In this document: piece after piece, positions 38,743-52,830 of the stretch
How the letters are laid out: the number at the start of each line of letters is the position of its first letter
How positions within the stretch are numbered: position 1 is the first letter of the stretch
Source: Callorhinchus milii
Taxonomy: Eukaryota
Assembly: GCF_018977255.1 (NCBI RefSeq)
Contig: NW_024704742.1
Location: 98,768,001 to 98,832,000 of the forward strand
DNA: 64,000 bases
Direction: 5' to 3'
Notes under the pieces: generated by a model
The model's database searches: none
The model's input: the letters and a program-made list of their open reading frames with translations, nothing else
What the model was told of the DNA's origin: nothing
Translations under genes and position numbers: made by a program

Positions 38743-41700
38743 TTATTTTGTTTTAACTATTGTGTATTGTAGTCATTTTCCTCTCCTTGATTCTAAGCTA
38801 TAGTGTTTCGCTGATTCTTTTATCCTTTTTATATGAGCCTTCTTCCTATTCTCACATTTCTGGTATCGCTCTAATCTTTATCTGTTTATCCCATCTGTTC
38901 CACTTTCTTCATGTTACTTTATTTTATCTGTATTTGTCTCACTGATCTCTTTCTTTATTCCTCTTCCCATCAGGTTCCCTAACTGTTCTTCATTTCCAGC
39001 ACCAAACGTAGGGTTGATGACACAGTAGTCTTGCAGTCTCTTTGACACCATGCCTTTTAATGAGCCATTGTTCCGAACTACGTTTGCAATATATTTCATT
39101 ACAAATTGGCAACTAATGATATCTAATATTTGCTTTTTAAAATTTCAATCTCCAAATCACACAGTACGTGGTTTCAAATCAAATTAAGCAACTTGTAAGT
39201 AGTGATTTACTGAAAAATAAACTAGTCATGCCAGACTCTATATCCATGAAAGGAAGAGTTTGCATAGTTTATATATTCTGAAGTCAAATGAAGGTTTCTG
39301 TTGCAGGAATTAAAATAAGAATCAAAGGTAATTAATATAACATTGAGGAAAGGGTAAAAGAATAACAGGTTAATAATCTGGAATTTAGATAAATAGAACA
39401 GGTTTGGTTACAAGGCAGAAAGCAGATTGTATTGGAATATAAGATGATTAACACTGCATGATCTTTGCCATCATCACTGTGCTGAGGTCTAACTGTGAGT
39501 GACAGCTCTTTCCCTGATCAGAGCTCTCACTCTGTCAGCACCTCATCTACACCCAGCAGCAGAAGCGAGCTTCAGCGACCAGCGAAACAGGGTAAAAACA
39601 GACCTAAACCTAATTCAGAACTAACAGTGAATCTATCAAAGAGATGCCATGCAGAAAGGAGCAGGGAAATAAGAGAAAATAGGGGAGAAAAGCTTAAAGA
39701 AAAGAATGAAATTAAATGAAAATCTATGATAATAGAAAAAGAAAGTTACTTCTATTATAATCATGCCAAACTTAAATAAGTGAGGCTGTTCTGAAATTGT
39801 CACTTAATTAGTCTATAACATGCACAGACTGAGCAAGACCAAGCAGATTTCTCCATGCTTTTTTTTCAAAGAAATGTCGGATTTATTAAAATTCAATCAC
39901 AAAACACTTTTCCCTGTCAGGATGCGACACCTCCTTTGACCTGAGACATCAGATTGCTTCATTTCTTTTCAAGAACAGTTGGCAGCAGAGATTGTTTGAT
40001 AAATGTCAGAAATGATGTTAGACTGAATGCCTTAGTCACATATAACGTAAATGAAATCAGGTGGAATGCCAGATTTTTATTTCTGTCCTTTTTGTGATAA
40101 ATTGCAATGGAAATGTCCACGTATAGAAAACGGCAATCAAAAACTGTATCATTCTTTATATTGTTGAAACCATCACTCATGCAATTCTTTACGCAGTCTC
40201 ATTTGTTTAAGCTTTTAAAAAAAAGTGGTACAAATATGACCTGTGATGCGATAATTTTAGAAAGAATTATATTTTTTTAACTGTTGGTATTTGCCACCCG
40301 ATAGTTATAAAAAAACTTAACGATAGCAAATAATTTACAAACCCAGCACCTCCACAACTGAAGTGGCAACCTAAACTATGAGCTCAAGTCTGTTATGGAG
40401 CTTAAACCCACAATCTTTGAACCAGAGGAGACAGTGCTACCAACTGAGCCAACTTGCAAATTATTTTTGCCAGTGTATTGTATTGACTAAAATGGTGACA
40501 GCTTGGCTCAGTTTGAAGCACTCATATATCTGGGTTGGAAGGTTCTGGGTTCAAGCCCCTTGTAGGAACTTAAACTCATCATACAGGCTAGCAACAACTA
40601 CACCAACTTGCATTGACATAGTGCCCTCCATGTGAGGTAGCATCTCAGAGCACAATTTGCAAGCAGTACATGGGGAGTCCTGCATCATTGGAGGTCCCAT
40701 CCTTATGATTTTATCCAGGAAAACAAGCCAGTACATTGCTGTCATCTCAGAGACGCCACCCTTCGGATGAGGTGTTAAAACAAGGACACACCTGTTCAAG
40801 TGGATATTAAAAATCCCATAATATTATTCAAAAAGAGAAGGGAGTTTCTGGAGTTCTGGCCAACGATCTCCCAGATAAAATTATTTGTTCACTACTTGGC
40901 TGTTCGTGGCAAGCAAATTGGCTGCTGTGTTCACCTACAAAATACTTTTCAGTAATCCTGACTGTGTATTTTGCAGATGGACACAGAAACCAGCCACACA
41001 CCCAAACTCATTGAATAGTGATGGTAAGGTTCTCAGGCATTGTAAGATGAATCATGCTGCTTACCAAGACTTTTGCAAGAAGTTCCTGATATCTGATTTT
41101 CACTTAGCGGGGGTTCAAACCTGTGCTTGTCAGATGTCCTTGGAGGATTAATAAGCAGGGTATCTTTAGGGCTGAATTGGCTCCAAGATGACATGCCTGG
41201 CAATGAAATATCTGAATCAAGTTGATCCTCTGTGGCAGTCTCAGTAGCCCAGTTCCTGGCTCCAGGACATTGTGTGTGATGATGGACCAGGCAACATGTC
41301 TTGGAGCAATAGACCACTTACTGGGGGCAGGGATTCTTCCCACTTGGTGTCTGCTAATCCTGCAAGCCAAAGCCCTAAAATGAAAGGTAGTCCTAACTGG
41401 AAAAACAGTCAGAAGCTGCACTATTCAACTCAGTTCAATTCCAGTGTTACTAAAATGTCAATCTTTGCCTAAATTTGCTGGGATTAGGTAAACACAATAT
41501 GCCCCTCTGAGGAGAAAATGGGCATTCCATTTTAAAGAGTGTTTAAGGATGGTGATCCACTTGTATTAAACATATGGAGGACAAAAAAGAGTGTTTTGAA
41601 GGCAAGGAGATAAGGTGCAGGGCAACTGGATTTTGGAAGAAAGTTACAAACTATGGGATACAGCAGCTGAATGCTTGGCTACTGATATTGGAATGGAGGC

Positions 41701-41829
41701 AATGAGGTACCAGCAGTGGACCAGAGGAGGGCATGAGCAGGATAGGGCGAGAGAAGATTGCAAAGGTAAGGTGTGGTAATAAAAAGATTTGAAAGTCAGA
41801 ATAAGGATCTTAGAGCCGATCCTCTAGGA

Positions 41830-42062
41830 AACGGTGGACCAACTGGTGGCCAATGGGCCACATCAGGCCGGGGAAGCATTTCCAATTTCATTGTCAACGA
41901 GTAAACACATGCAGGTCCCGAGCTAATCAGGAGAAGATCACCGAGGGCTTGGTTGGCTTCTGGCTGACAACAAGATTGGCCAATCAGAATAAAATATTGT
42001 TTATGCGGCCCACAGATGTTTCACAAATTCGGCCCTCAGCAGCCAAAATGTAGGACAACCTG
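41830..42062. mobile_element. hAT (Charlie-like) MITE inside an old L2 fragment (~41560-42100)
   Basis: ggtggaccaactgg ... taggacaacctg termini; ctagga repeated on both flanks; L2 gatcctct..ggagccagtgga continues across the insertion. Confidence 0.6.
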
Positions 42063-42242
42063 CTAGGATACTGGGAGCCAGTGGAACCTGGATGACGATA
42101 AAGGGTATTCTGTCCAAGTCGTGTACCACTTTGGTGACAACCGAAAAAGGTTTGCCCAGAAATAAAAGCTTTGTATTAATTTTAAAATGCACATATCTCA
42201 ATTGTGCATCTATTACTTTCACAAAGTGATGCATGCAAGGGT

Positions 42243-42302
42243 ATTGACACATAATGATTATTTTGCACATGGATTGACACATAATGATTATTTTGCACAT
42301 GG
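42243..42302. repeat. Perfect 30-bp tandem duplication
   Basis: attgacacataatgattattttgcacatgg x2. Confidence 0.95.
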
Positions 42303-42569
42303 ACAACTAATTTCAACATTCAACATTATGATGTCTTCGTGCTTTCCAGCATTTGTTACTAGTCATCAATAGATGTCGGGTAGATATTTATTTTATTTTT
42401 TGCTTATTTTTCATTCATATTGTCGTTTTTTATTATTTAGTTTCTCTGACTGCTTCGATTCATTTGGTGAATTAATGTCTAAGTTCAAACTATCCATTTC
42501 CATTAATACATTTATACATTTAATACTTTTAATACAGTCAAGTACAAAGAATTGTGAAAACACCTTAAC

Positions 42570-42975
42570 AATCCTAATAATGCTTTCATTTGATATAGTG
42601 CCCGATCACATCATTAAGCAGTCTCCAAGCACTTCACAGGATTTACTGCAAATTGTAATGTATTTTGTAGGTGAACACAGCAACCAATTTGTGCACAACA
42701 ATGTCCCACAACCAGCCATAAAGTGAATGACCAATTTTATTTGGGGTATTGTTGGCCAGAACACTGGAAAAAACTCCCTTCTCTTTTCGAGTAGCTCCAT
42801 GGAATCTTTAATATCCACTTGAAGAGGCTGACAGGACTTCATCCCAAAGACAGCAACCCCAATAATGCAGCACACCCCAGTACTGCATGGGAGTGTCAGC
42901 ATAGACTATGAATTTCAGGTCCCCACGTGGGGCTTGTACCTACAACTTTCTGAGATTCGGAGGTAAGAATGATAT
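42570..42975 (-). mobile_element. Old Deu-domain SINE
   Basis: Head, body, core and tail of the 1094-1488 family. Confidence 0.7.
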
Positions 42976-43729
42976 CAAATCAGTTCTGTGTCAATCCAGA
43001 GTCGCTCAGTTAAATTATCTTTTTTATACATATCATGTATAGTAATTGTGGCAGAAAACTAAAGTATTCCAATGTACTCTAAATTTCATCTTTGAAGAAA
43101 ATTTCTGTTTTCACATTGCTCTGTTCATTCTTAAATATCTCTGGTCCACTCCTTGAGTTCCTTCAACAACTTTGTGATTTGTTGGACACAACTGCTACAT
43201 GTGATGCATAAATTAAAATTAAAACATGACACATAAATTCATTGTACTGGATAATAACAGAATCAGACAAACTGAAATGTGAGTGGGGCTAAATCGGGTG
43301 AAACTAATGAATTGTCTCAGCATACACTGATGTAAAGGCTAAGTTAGCATATTGAAACAATCACAGTTGAGAAAACAGTCAAATGAAGAGTCTAAGAATA
43401 ATTAGTTTATACTCGGTTGGTAGTGAGACTGTTCAGCAACGTATATGCCTTCAGTAGTACATTTAAGTACAGTAGGCAATGTCAAGCCTTATTAGTCCCA
43501 AAGAGATTGCGGATGCTTTGAGGAGTTTGTGTTCATCATCATCAATTTGGCCCTGCTCAGTTATTACTATGACATACTTATTCCGAGTCTTGGCAAACTC
43601 TTGCCTCCAGCATGTCGTATCAGAGGAAAGGCAGGTAGATGGGTAAATAACAGATTAAATAGTTTCGCAGTGCAGAATACTACAAGCATCTGACCAAGCA
43701 ACTGATAAGGACTATTGGGTCAAGTCAGA

Positions 43730-44108
43730 TAATAATAACATAATAATCCTTGCATTTAATTTAGCTCTTTATTGCATCTTCGAGACTTCTCAAAGCGCTT
43801 CACAGGATATACTGTAAAGTATAATGACTGTGTGCTCTATGGGCGAATTGCGGCAGCCAATAGCACACAGCAGTGTCCCACAAACAGTTGTGGATTGAAT
43901 GACCAATTAGTTTCTGGGAGAGATTATTACCACTGGAAAGCGATCTGCCAATTGACTAACAAGCGGTTTCCCACTTACTGCAAGGTAAACAGGAGTGTGT
44001 GCATGTGAAGTAAAGAAATTTGCCTAAGGTTTCGCCCTGCCCGGGAATCGAATCCAGGTTCTCTCATGTGCGAGGCGAGTGCTCTAACCACTATGCTACA
44101 GGACTCCA
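43730..44108 (-). mobile_element. tRNA/Deu SINE, long variant with an extra ~75-bp central segment
   Basis: Head and tail as in the 21504-21820 family; extra sequence at ~43930-44005. Confidence 0.8.
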
Positions 44109-44921
44109 GATATTAGATGAGCTGTTTTTATTAACTTTCCACATGATTCCACATACATTTTTTTGTTCTTTGCAAATTAAATATAAGTGGAAACAAGACT
44201 GAAAGCGTGGGTAGCCCAATTGAGTCATTTTGCTAAAATGTCTTTTTCAACCATTTTCTTTTTTTTCTAATCGGACATGTTTATATGGCCTTAGCTGAAA
44301 TTTATAGCAAAAAAACTTCCATCCATGAAGATTTAGAGTAAGCAGTGGAGCCGTATGAAATGTTCCAGGCAGGGTTAATCTTCTGTAATGCACACAATGA
44401 TATTGTCTGGGAACCTGGTTACAAAAAGTACAGTTTGACACAATCCTGTATTAAAACAAGAATTGATTCATTTGGTGAGTAATTTATGTTGCACTTCAAA
44501 CTTAAACCAAGCTGATCCATAATTGACAACTTAAAAGGGGTATTAATACTAATATTATTCTACTTTAATAAATGATAGTTTGCTTCTGTTCTCTATTTAT
44601 TAAATGAACATTAAAATATTAAAATGAACATTTTGCCCACAAAATATACAATTAATTGACTTTGCAGTATATTCGGTGAAGTGTTTTGAGATGTCTCATT
44701 GACGTGATAAGGCATTATATCGAATGCAATAATAATATTATTAGCTATAATCTACTAAATTGGATATGATGCCATGCATTCTCATCTGTGATAAAATTAT
44801 TCGGGGATGGTTCAAAACTTGCTGACTAACAACCACCAACTTGAATTTACATACAAAAACAACAACAAGATTACATTTGTATAGTGTCTTTCACGTCGGG
44901 AGGACATCCCTAGGCACTGGA

Positions 44922-45222
44922 TAATAATCCTTGCATTTGATATAGCGCTTTTTCACGTCTTCTAGACGTCTCAAAGAACTTCACAGAATATCCTGTAAAG
45001 TGAATTGACTGTATATTTGTGGGCGAAAGGCAATTGTGTACAGCAGTGTCCCACAAACAGTCGTGGATTGAAGTGACCAATTTATTATTGTTTTTTTTCT
45101 TGAGGGATTATTATCAGGTGTGTGGAGTAAGGAAACTTGTCCGGGGTTTTGCCCTGCTGGGAATCGAACCCAGGTCTCTCGCTTGTGAGGCAAGTGCTCT
45201 AACCACTGAGCTACAGGACTCC
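44922..45222 (-). mobile_element. Young tRNA/Deu SINE between L2 3' fragments (~44855-44920 and ~45235-45410)
   Basis: Full head-to-tail match to the 21504-21820 family. Confidence 0.88.
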
Positions 45223-48200
45223 ACGACATAGTGGGCTTCACGCAGGTAGCGCTTAACAGTGGTGTCTCAGAACGCTTAACAATGGTGTGCTTTGACGACG
45301 AGCTGGAAAGGGAGAGGACGTGACCAAAAGCACGGTTGAAGAGAAAAGTCTTCAGCTGTGATTTGAAGATGGGCAAAGAGGGGTAAGACGGAGAGATTGA
45401 GGCAAGAGTTCGAGAGTCAAACAGACAAAGTGCCGCACTTGGAGCTTTCTTAACATGTTGTCTGCTAAACTTCTTATTTGCAAATTGATAGCAAAATAAA
45501 TGATATGAAAGCCATGAGAATTTTTTGAAAATATTATTAAAGAGAATGCATTTAGTTGGAAACATTCCAGATCTTACTGTTAAAATTGAATGAAAGGGAA
45601 AAGTCAAATGTTTGAAATTGCAACATTTTTTGATATTGCTAGAATACGTGAATACTTTGTCAATTATAGTACAAGGACAATTACAGATGACTGGGCATGT
45701 GAAAAGACTGCACTCAGGTCACTAAAGAATATCAGGCTCATAATTCCACCTGGGCTTGGATTATATGACCCTTTTGACTTAGAATTTAAAATCAAGCAGA
45801 AATATGGGAAATTCTTAAATTTGGTCTTAATTTGGAGGCTGATTTTTCCGTTTTTGTTTTAAAAAAACACTATTTATCAATTTAAAACTGCAGTTAAAAA
45901 TTTCCCATAATTCTGTACGGTCTTCCATTTTAAAGCAAAATGGCTTGAATACTGGATAGAGTTCTAGGCCTATCATTCCATGATACTCATGAAAGGAAGG
46001 TCCCCAACAGACGACAAAGACACCAAGTTCCTTTACTAAGATGTACCTCAAAAACAGTGCTGCTGCTTACATTTCATAGGTGTAATCATAATAGAAACAT
46101 ACTGAAGGGTCCCCCACTCAAACACAGAGCACCTCCACAAGTTACAGTGAATCTTGATTAATACGAAAGTTGTTTTCAGTTCTTTTTAAGAACTATGAAA
46201 GAGCAACTTCCATATTAAGACTGAGTTTAAGAATTTCCCCAAATTCTCCATGATGCTAAACTTTAAGATAACAACAACAACTTGGATTTATATAGCACCC
46301 TCCACACCAGACAGCATCTCAGAGCGCTTAAGACCATGGTCTAAAGCAGTGGTGGCCTACCTTTATGGTTGTCCAGACTTGAAAGATGCTGTATCAAATG
46401 CAAAGATTATTTTACTTATTATCCTTCAGGCCTCAGATGCAGCCCCAGTCTTTATGCACCACATAAACATATCAATCAGAACCTCATCTAGGTCTTCACT
46501 TATTTCATTGAGGATTCTGAGGTATACTGTACCTTAATGTTTTAATGGCTTCAGCTTCATAACATACGTTAAACTACCCATATTATTGACTCTTGAACCA
46601 ATTTGATTTGATGTGGGATTTATATTTCTGATGTCAATAATTCAACTATTCCTGTTTTCCCATAATATTTTGAGGCGTCTTGAAGTTGTAATCAGGTGCT
46701 ATACCAAATGCAAGGATTATTATTATTGTTATTATATGTTCATCAGATATTCTTAGAATCAATTAATCTTGATCAATTTTAAAGCATGGTAAGATCCGCT
46801 TGTCATTAATCACATTATTTCACATCAGCCTTCATTATTACAAGCACAGAGCAGGATTCAGTAATCAATCAAGTTTATTGGTATCACAATGACCACAAAG
46901 GGTTTATGTTTTATGTTAATGGATGGTCAACATCTGTAAAGTAGGACACAAGAATGTTCATCCCAATGAACAATGGTATTGCTATAATAAAATATTCAGT
47001 ATTAAGCTATTTTGAGTATGATTGTCTAAATTTAAAAATACATCTTTAAGATGATACTAATATTTTTCTGTAGAATTTCAGTTGAAAAAAACATGCTTGA
47101 TAGCAGCTAAGACCTTTAAATGTGTCTTGTTGATATCTATATGACATATATGTACCTAAAATGTTACAGCATGGCCTTTGAACCAACTGATCCATGCTGG
47201 TGTTTATGCTCCACATGTGCTTCCACCGCTTCTGATTCCCTCTCCTATGCTTCTCACATATTCAACAAGTTTACCCTTAAATATATTGATGCTTTTTCAC
47301 ATTCCCACCATCCTCGGTGTAAAGAAGTTCCCCCTAAACTCGCTTATAGCTCTGCTACTGCTTCTCAAATTTATGGCCAATCTACTAGAAACTCCAGTTA
47401 ATTCTGCAATGAATATCAGTGGGACATGATGAGGTTAAACTGATTAGGAAATAGCTATCTATGGAATTACTTAAAGTGATCTACCGATGTTCAATCAAAA
47501 TGGATGTGTCAGGAAGATTATGAAATGTGCGTGGTTTGAAACTGTAAAAACTGTAAATAACTTTTCCAGAGAAACAGTGTGTGTCTTTCTGAATGTATGT
47601 GTTCATACAGAGTGCTCCAGGCTGCAGAGAAACTGAGATAATTGCACTGACAAGTTATGCCACTCAGTATTGCAAAGTTCTTCTAGATCCTGATGGTAAA
47701 TGTGATTTTTAGGTAGTTTTAGAAATGCCTATCTCTGTTATACAGTCAACAAAATCTAGGGCCCAACTAGCTTTTTAAAAAAAAACATGTTTTCTGAAAT
47801 GTTAATAAAATACGAGTGAAATTGGAGCGTGGGTGAGACGTGTTAAGTGAGAATGTGAGAAATGCAATTTTGCCACTGTTAACGAAAACAAGATAATGAT
47901 AACACAGCTAAAATTATGATTATTTCATGCTTCTGTAGCAACTATTGAGCCATTTAAACTTCAATAAAATTTGAAACATAAATACAATTGTGGATGCAAA
48001 TTACTATCTCTACATAGATAGAATAGTTGCCTATCCTATTCAAATATGACATGATGTTTGCGTTGGGCACACCACTGGCTCCTTGTGTATTGACATTTCT
48101 TTCTGCAACTTTATAAAGCCAAAAATTTGGAAGAATTATTGTTGTTCTGATTCTAGTTCTGACTTAGGTAAATACAACTGTCTATCTTGCAATAGAGTCT

Positions 48201-49599
48201 GAACCTACTTAGTTAGTGACCTTCCTCTTCGATCATGCTCACGGTCACCTCCCTCCTCCACCCGGCTTGGCATCAGGCTCCACCACTGTTAAGTGCTCCA
48301 AGACACTACCCTGCATGAAGGGTGCTATATAAATGTGAGTTGTTGTTGTAGTTACCCCCTTAAAGCAGCATACTACTGCAGGCTAGCTGACTCCTGAGAT
48401 CCTCCTCATTCACTGTCTGGAACGTCCCAGTGATGTAAACACTCAGGACAATTGTGACCTTCAAAACAATACAATACTTTTTTACATTCATGTAGAGCTT
48501 CTCATGTTGGGAGTATGTCTTAAAGCCTTGACACTGCTGTCTGAGTACCTGAGCTGGGGGTAGTTGCTGAAAGGGGTAGGAAGGGGGAAAGATGACCAAA
48601 ACCACAAAGAGGTACATTTTGAAGTGCACCTTGAGCAAGAGGAGAAGAGGAGGGAGGGAGCAATTCACAGGTACTCCAGGATGCAGTTTCAGAGAACAGG
48701 GGCAGAATGATTGAAAGCCCTCTTGTCAATAGTGGGGATGATAGAACAGGGGACATGAAGCAAGCCAGTGTTCACTGACATCAATAGAGCAATCCTAAGG
48801 GTGCAGTGTTCTTATAAATCTTCACCAAATAGTACATCGTAGTCACAATCTTTTTGATGAGCCTGAGTCTCCTCAGGAACTGTCCCTCTGTCATGGCCGT
48901 ATAATCCATTCCACTGAATGGACGAGCTTCTGGGATACATCCTGCTGTGATGTGTAACCTTCAGAACAAAGGAGCAGTTTAAAGATCAGATGTTTTTTCA
49001 TGACTACATTATAATCTCAAAATTTCATTATTGGCTTTCTTTATTACTTTTACCCAGGAATAGTCACTTGAATTGTATGGAATGTCTTAGGAACATAGAC
49101 ACAGAAGGAGGCGACTTAACTCTTCAAGCTTGTTTCATTAGCTCATAGCAGATCTTTGTGCTCTGACTGATTCCGCAGCTGAGATCAGCTAAAACAGCAC
49201 AGATTGGTATTGGAACATAGGACTTTCTGTTCTGTATGGCAGTGAGATTACCACTAAACTCTCAAACACTCAAGTGAGTTTACCTGGGTTCTCAACCCAA
49301 ATTAGTATGCAAGTTGGAGTTAAAATATTTAAAAGTTAAAATAAAATATTTTAATAATTAAAATAAAAGCACAAGGATTTGGGGGTATTTTAGCAAGTAA
49401 TCAGTAATGAGAGTCATTCTGAAATAAATCTACATATTACAAAGTTAGAGACTTACCACTGCTGGGTTTTATATTTTGAATTGTGCTAATATTCATGCTT
49501 CAACTTTTACAGTTCTGTACTAATGCCCTGTGTTTGAAACAGTATAATAACAGGCAATGCACTCAACATGTTAAACTGTCAATGCCGTTCTGTGACATA

Positions 49600-49950
49600 T
49601 TTCTGTGCATGAGTGTGAGAGAGTAGATAGTAACATTGCTTGCTCTGTGTGAGAGAAACAATAATGTCCGGTGTCTGTGAGAGAGAACAAGAGAAAAGAG
49701 CACTCGTGTCTGTGAGAACAGAAGAACAAAGCTTGCTGATGTCTTTGACAGTGAGAAAAGCAACAATGTTTCTCTAAGAGGTGGAGAGCAATGATAGGAT
49801 CGCAATGTGTGAGAGTGAGAACCATGTCAGTATTTGTCAGAGGTGAAGAACTGCACCATCATCCATGTGAGTCAGGCAAGCATCAGCATCTTTGTGATAG
49901 GGTCACCACTGTGGTGAGCAAGAGGAACCAGTGTTAATATCTCTGCAATA
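49600..49950. repeat. Degenerate minisatellite-like tract
   Basis: Recurring (g)tctgtgagagagaac-like core at roughly 30-bp spacing. Confidence 0.5.
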
Positions 49951-50849
49951 CAAAGGATCGAGCCATTTTGGTATCATGGGTTCAATTGTCTTGACGTTAG
50001 TCATTAGGCTTTTGAAATAGTAACTGTTAGTACAAAGCGAACAATTTGCAAATGTGGAAATGTAGTTTTCTTCAAGAATTATACAGTAAACTTTAATAAA
50101 CTGATTATCATAGCTTATAGTACTGTAGTAATCAAGCCTCTTGACCTGAAAAGTTTAACTGGTTGCTACGGCAAATGTAGCTTTATATGGCTTAGATATC
50201 ATCACAAAAGTCCATTTCACTTGTCCATTTGACACATTTCTGGTCAGCTAGGACATGCGGAAAACAAATCACTATCCTTAAGAGTATCCAAGCCATACTG
50301 AGAGTTCCAAATAGGTGAAATATTCACAAAATGTCTGATTGCAATTTTGAAAGCCACAAATGTTCCACATAAGTGTTGATCATTGCACAGCAGATATACA
50401 CAGATCATCAGGAGGGCGAAATATTCATGCAAGACAGACACAAAACCAGAAAACGGAAGGAGATCGACAATAACATGTATGTTAATATCCATCATCTACA
50501 GAATCTGTAGGGAGGTTTGGAAACATTTCTCTCCTGTGAGAAAAACATGATTGTACAAGACGAGATCATTGTGGTGCATATGGCCAGTTCCAAAGTAGAA
50601 AAATACCTTGCACCACTCTGTCTCATACTACTCAATTGATTTATTTTCCAAATAACTAACAAATTGTCCCTTGAATTTGCTGACATCATCTGGTTCCCTG
50701 ACATTTGCCTAGAAATACACACTGCACTTTACAATGAATTCTGTCAAGCGCTTCATGATGTTTTGATTCACATATTCATAGAAACCTTTGGGGTTTTGTC
50801 TTTTTATTTTGCATTTGGTAGATTTGGGAAATTAGAATTAGCCTTTTAC

Positions 50850-51828
50850 AATACAATACAAAATTACATTTGTATAGTGCCTTTCATGTTGGGAGGTTGT
50901 CCCAAGGCGCTGGACAGTCAAGGATTTGGACCCAAGCTGGGGTTCGGGATTGGGGAGGGTGGAGGGCAGAGGGAGTAGGAGGGTGGCCGAAGGTTGGGTT
51001 GAAGAGGAGGGTTTTGAGACGCACCTTGAAGGAGGCAAGGGAGGGAGTGAGGCAAAGGGAATGTGGGATGGAAGTCCATAAGGTGGGGGCAGAAAGACTG
51101 AAGGCCCGGCCGCCAATGGTGGAACTAGCCGGGCGGGGACGTGGAGTAGGCCACAACCTGCTGAGCGGAGAGAGCAGACAGGTTGATATGGGGTCAGCAG
51201 GTCGAAGAGATAGGGAGAGGCAAGGCCATGGAGGGCCTTGAATGTATAACGAGGATTTTGAACTCTCTCCTCTGGGGATGGGAAGCCAGTGGAGCCGACC
51301 GAGGGTGGGATTGATGGGGTCACGGAGTTTGGTGCAGGAGAGGACACGAGCTGTAGAGTTCTGGATTATCTGCAGCCTGTGGAAGGAAGCATTGGGAAGG
51401 CTGACAAGCAGGGAGTTGGCATAGTCAAGCCTAGATGTGATGAATGCGTGGATGAGGGTTTCGGTGGCCTGAAGGTTGAGGCAGTGGTGGAGCCAGGGTG
51501 ATGTTGCGGAGTTGGGGGAAGGCAGAGTGGGTCATGGCACGTATGTGGGATAGAAAGGACAGTTGAGGGTCAAACAAGACGCCAAGTTCCAGACTGACTT
51601 AGTAAGGTGGAATATGCATCCTTGGATGATGATCCTGTCAGTGCCTGAGGTGTGGAGGTGCTGACAGGAGCCAATCAGTAGAGCCTTGATCTTGTTGACG
51701 TTCAACTGAAGAAAGTTAGCTCTCATCCAGGACTTGATGTCTGACAGATATTCTTTCAGGACAGCTGTGGTCCTGGAGTCGAGGGTGGAGGCAGAGAGAT
51801 AGAGTTGAGTGTCATCTGCATATGACAC
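50850..51828 (-). mobile_element. L2 3' ~1 kb including the RT catalytic motif
   Basis: YADDTQLYLS..LSDIKSWMRANFLQLN; 3' region and (ttg)-like tail. Confidence 0.9.
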
Positions 51829-52609
51829 CCATCTTATGTGAATATTTCAAGTTAAATAATAGTGTCACACATAATACTTATTAAAAACAAGCAAACCACT
51901 TAGTTAAATCACTGCCTTTATATTTTATCTCCTCTCTTACATTGCTTTTGATAAGAAATATGGAAAGAACAAGTTTAGGTGTCACCTCAATTAACTGAAA
52001 GATGTATAAGATTGTGCAATTTCTTTGAAGTTAGATGGTGGTTGCGTTATGTGGCCTATATCAGACGCAGCACTGTCAAAGCACAAAGTTGAATACCTTG
52101 GCTCCAAGACACTGCTCTGGTTGAATTGGGCGGCACTCAGATTGCTCTTAACTTCCATGCTATTGCACCTTATCTTCTGCAAACATATCCAACTGGCATT
52201 CAGAGCTATGGATATGACATGGAAAAGTCGCTCATTAATTTCAAAGTGAAGTCTCTTCTCTCAGGATACAACATACCATAATTATTCTGCATACAATAGC
52301 TATACTCCTCACCTAAATTACCATTAATAAGCATCGTGAAGATCATTTATAGAGAAGCTTGAAGGGAATGTTTCAGTGACATCACTCTACAGACACCAAA
52401 GACCCAACCATTTCAAAAATGTATCCAATACCTGTTTACTTTAGTTGTAATGGTATGTTGATGCTAATCAAGTCTTTGTAATTATCTGTACTATTTCATA
52501 ATCAGTGTCTAAGAATTGCTGAGCCATTTCTAACTTTTGTTATTCCACATTTACCATTTGAAATTAGCATATTTGATAATAAAAATTCTATAACTTAGCT
52601 ATATTGTAA

Positions 52610-52830
52610 TTTTTTTCACTCAGAGAGTTGTTGGGATGCGGAATGCCATGCCAAGTAAGGTGCTAAAGGCAGAGTCCTTTGTTGGTTTCAAGAGGGGAGT
52701 AGGCAGGTATATATAAAGGATAGAAGCTTGAAGGGATAAAAAAGAAGGATTGAATGAACATCTTGCTCTGAGAGTTGGTGCAGCCTTGAAAGGCCGAATG
52801 GCCTCCTGTGCTGTAAGGTTTCTATGATTT
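52610..52830 (+). mobile_element. CR1 3' end
   Basis: FFTQRVVG.RNAMP motif and ggccgaatggcctcctgtgctgtaa tail. Confidence 0.7.

Noticed and set aside
39500..39597. Exon-like stretch ending CAGG|GTAAAA
   Set aside because: Weak donor, no acceptor or promoter support, no recognisable peptide
49600..49950. Spaced repeats that might suggest a CRISPR-like array
   Set aside because: Highly degenerate units with no fixed repeat/spacer structure, in a vertebrate context; treated as an old minisatellite
50300..50375. GEIFTKCLIAILKAT resembling annexin A1 GDIEKCLTAIVKCAT
   Set aside because: Short match flanked by stops, no fitting splice sites, and no other annexin exons seen; probably chance
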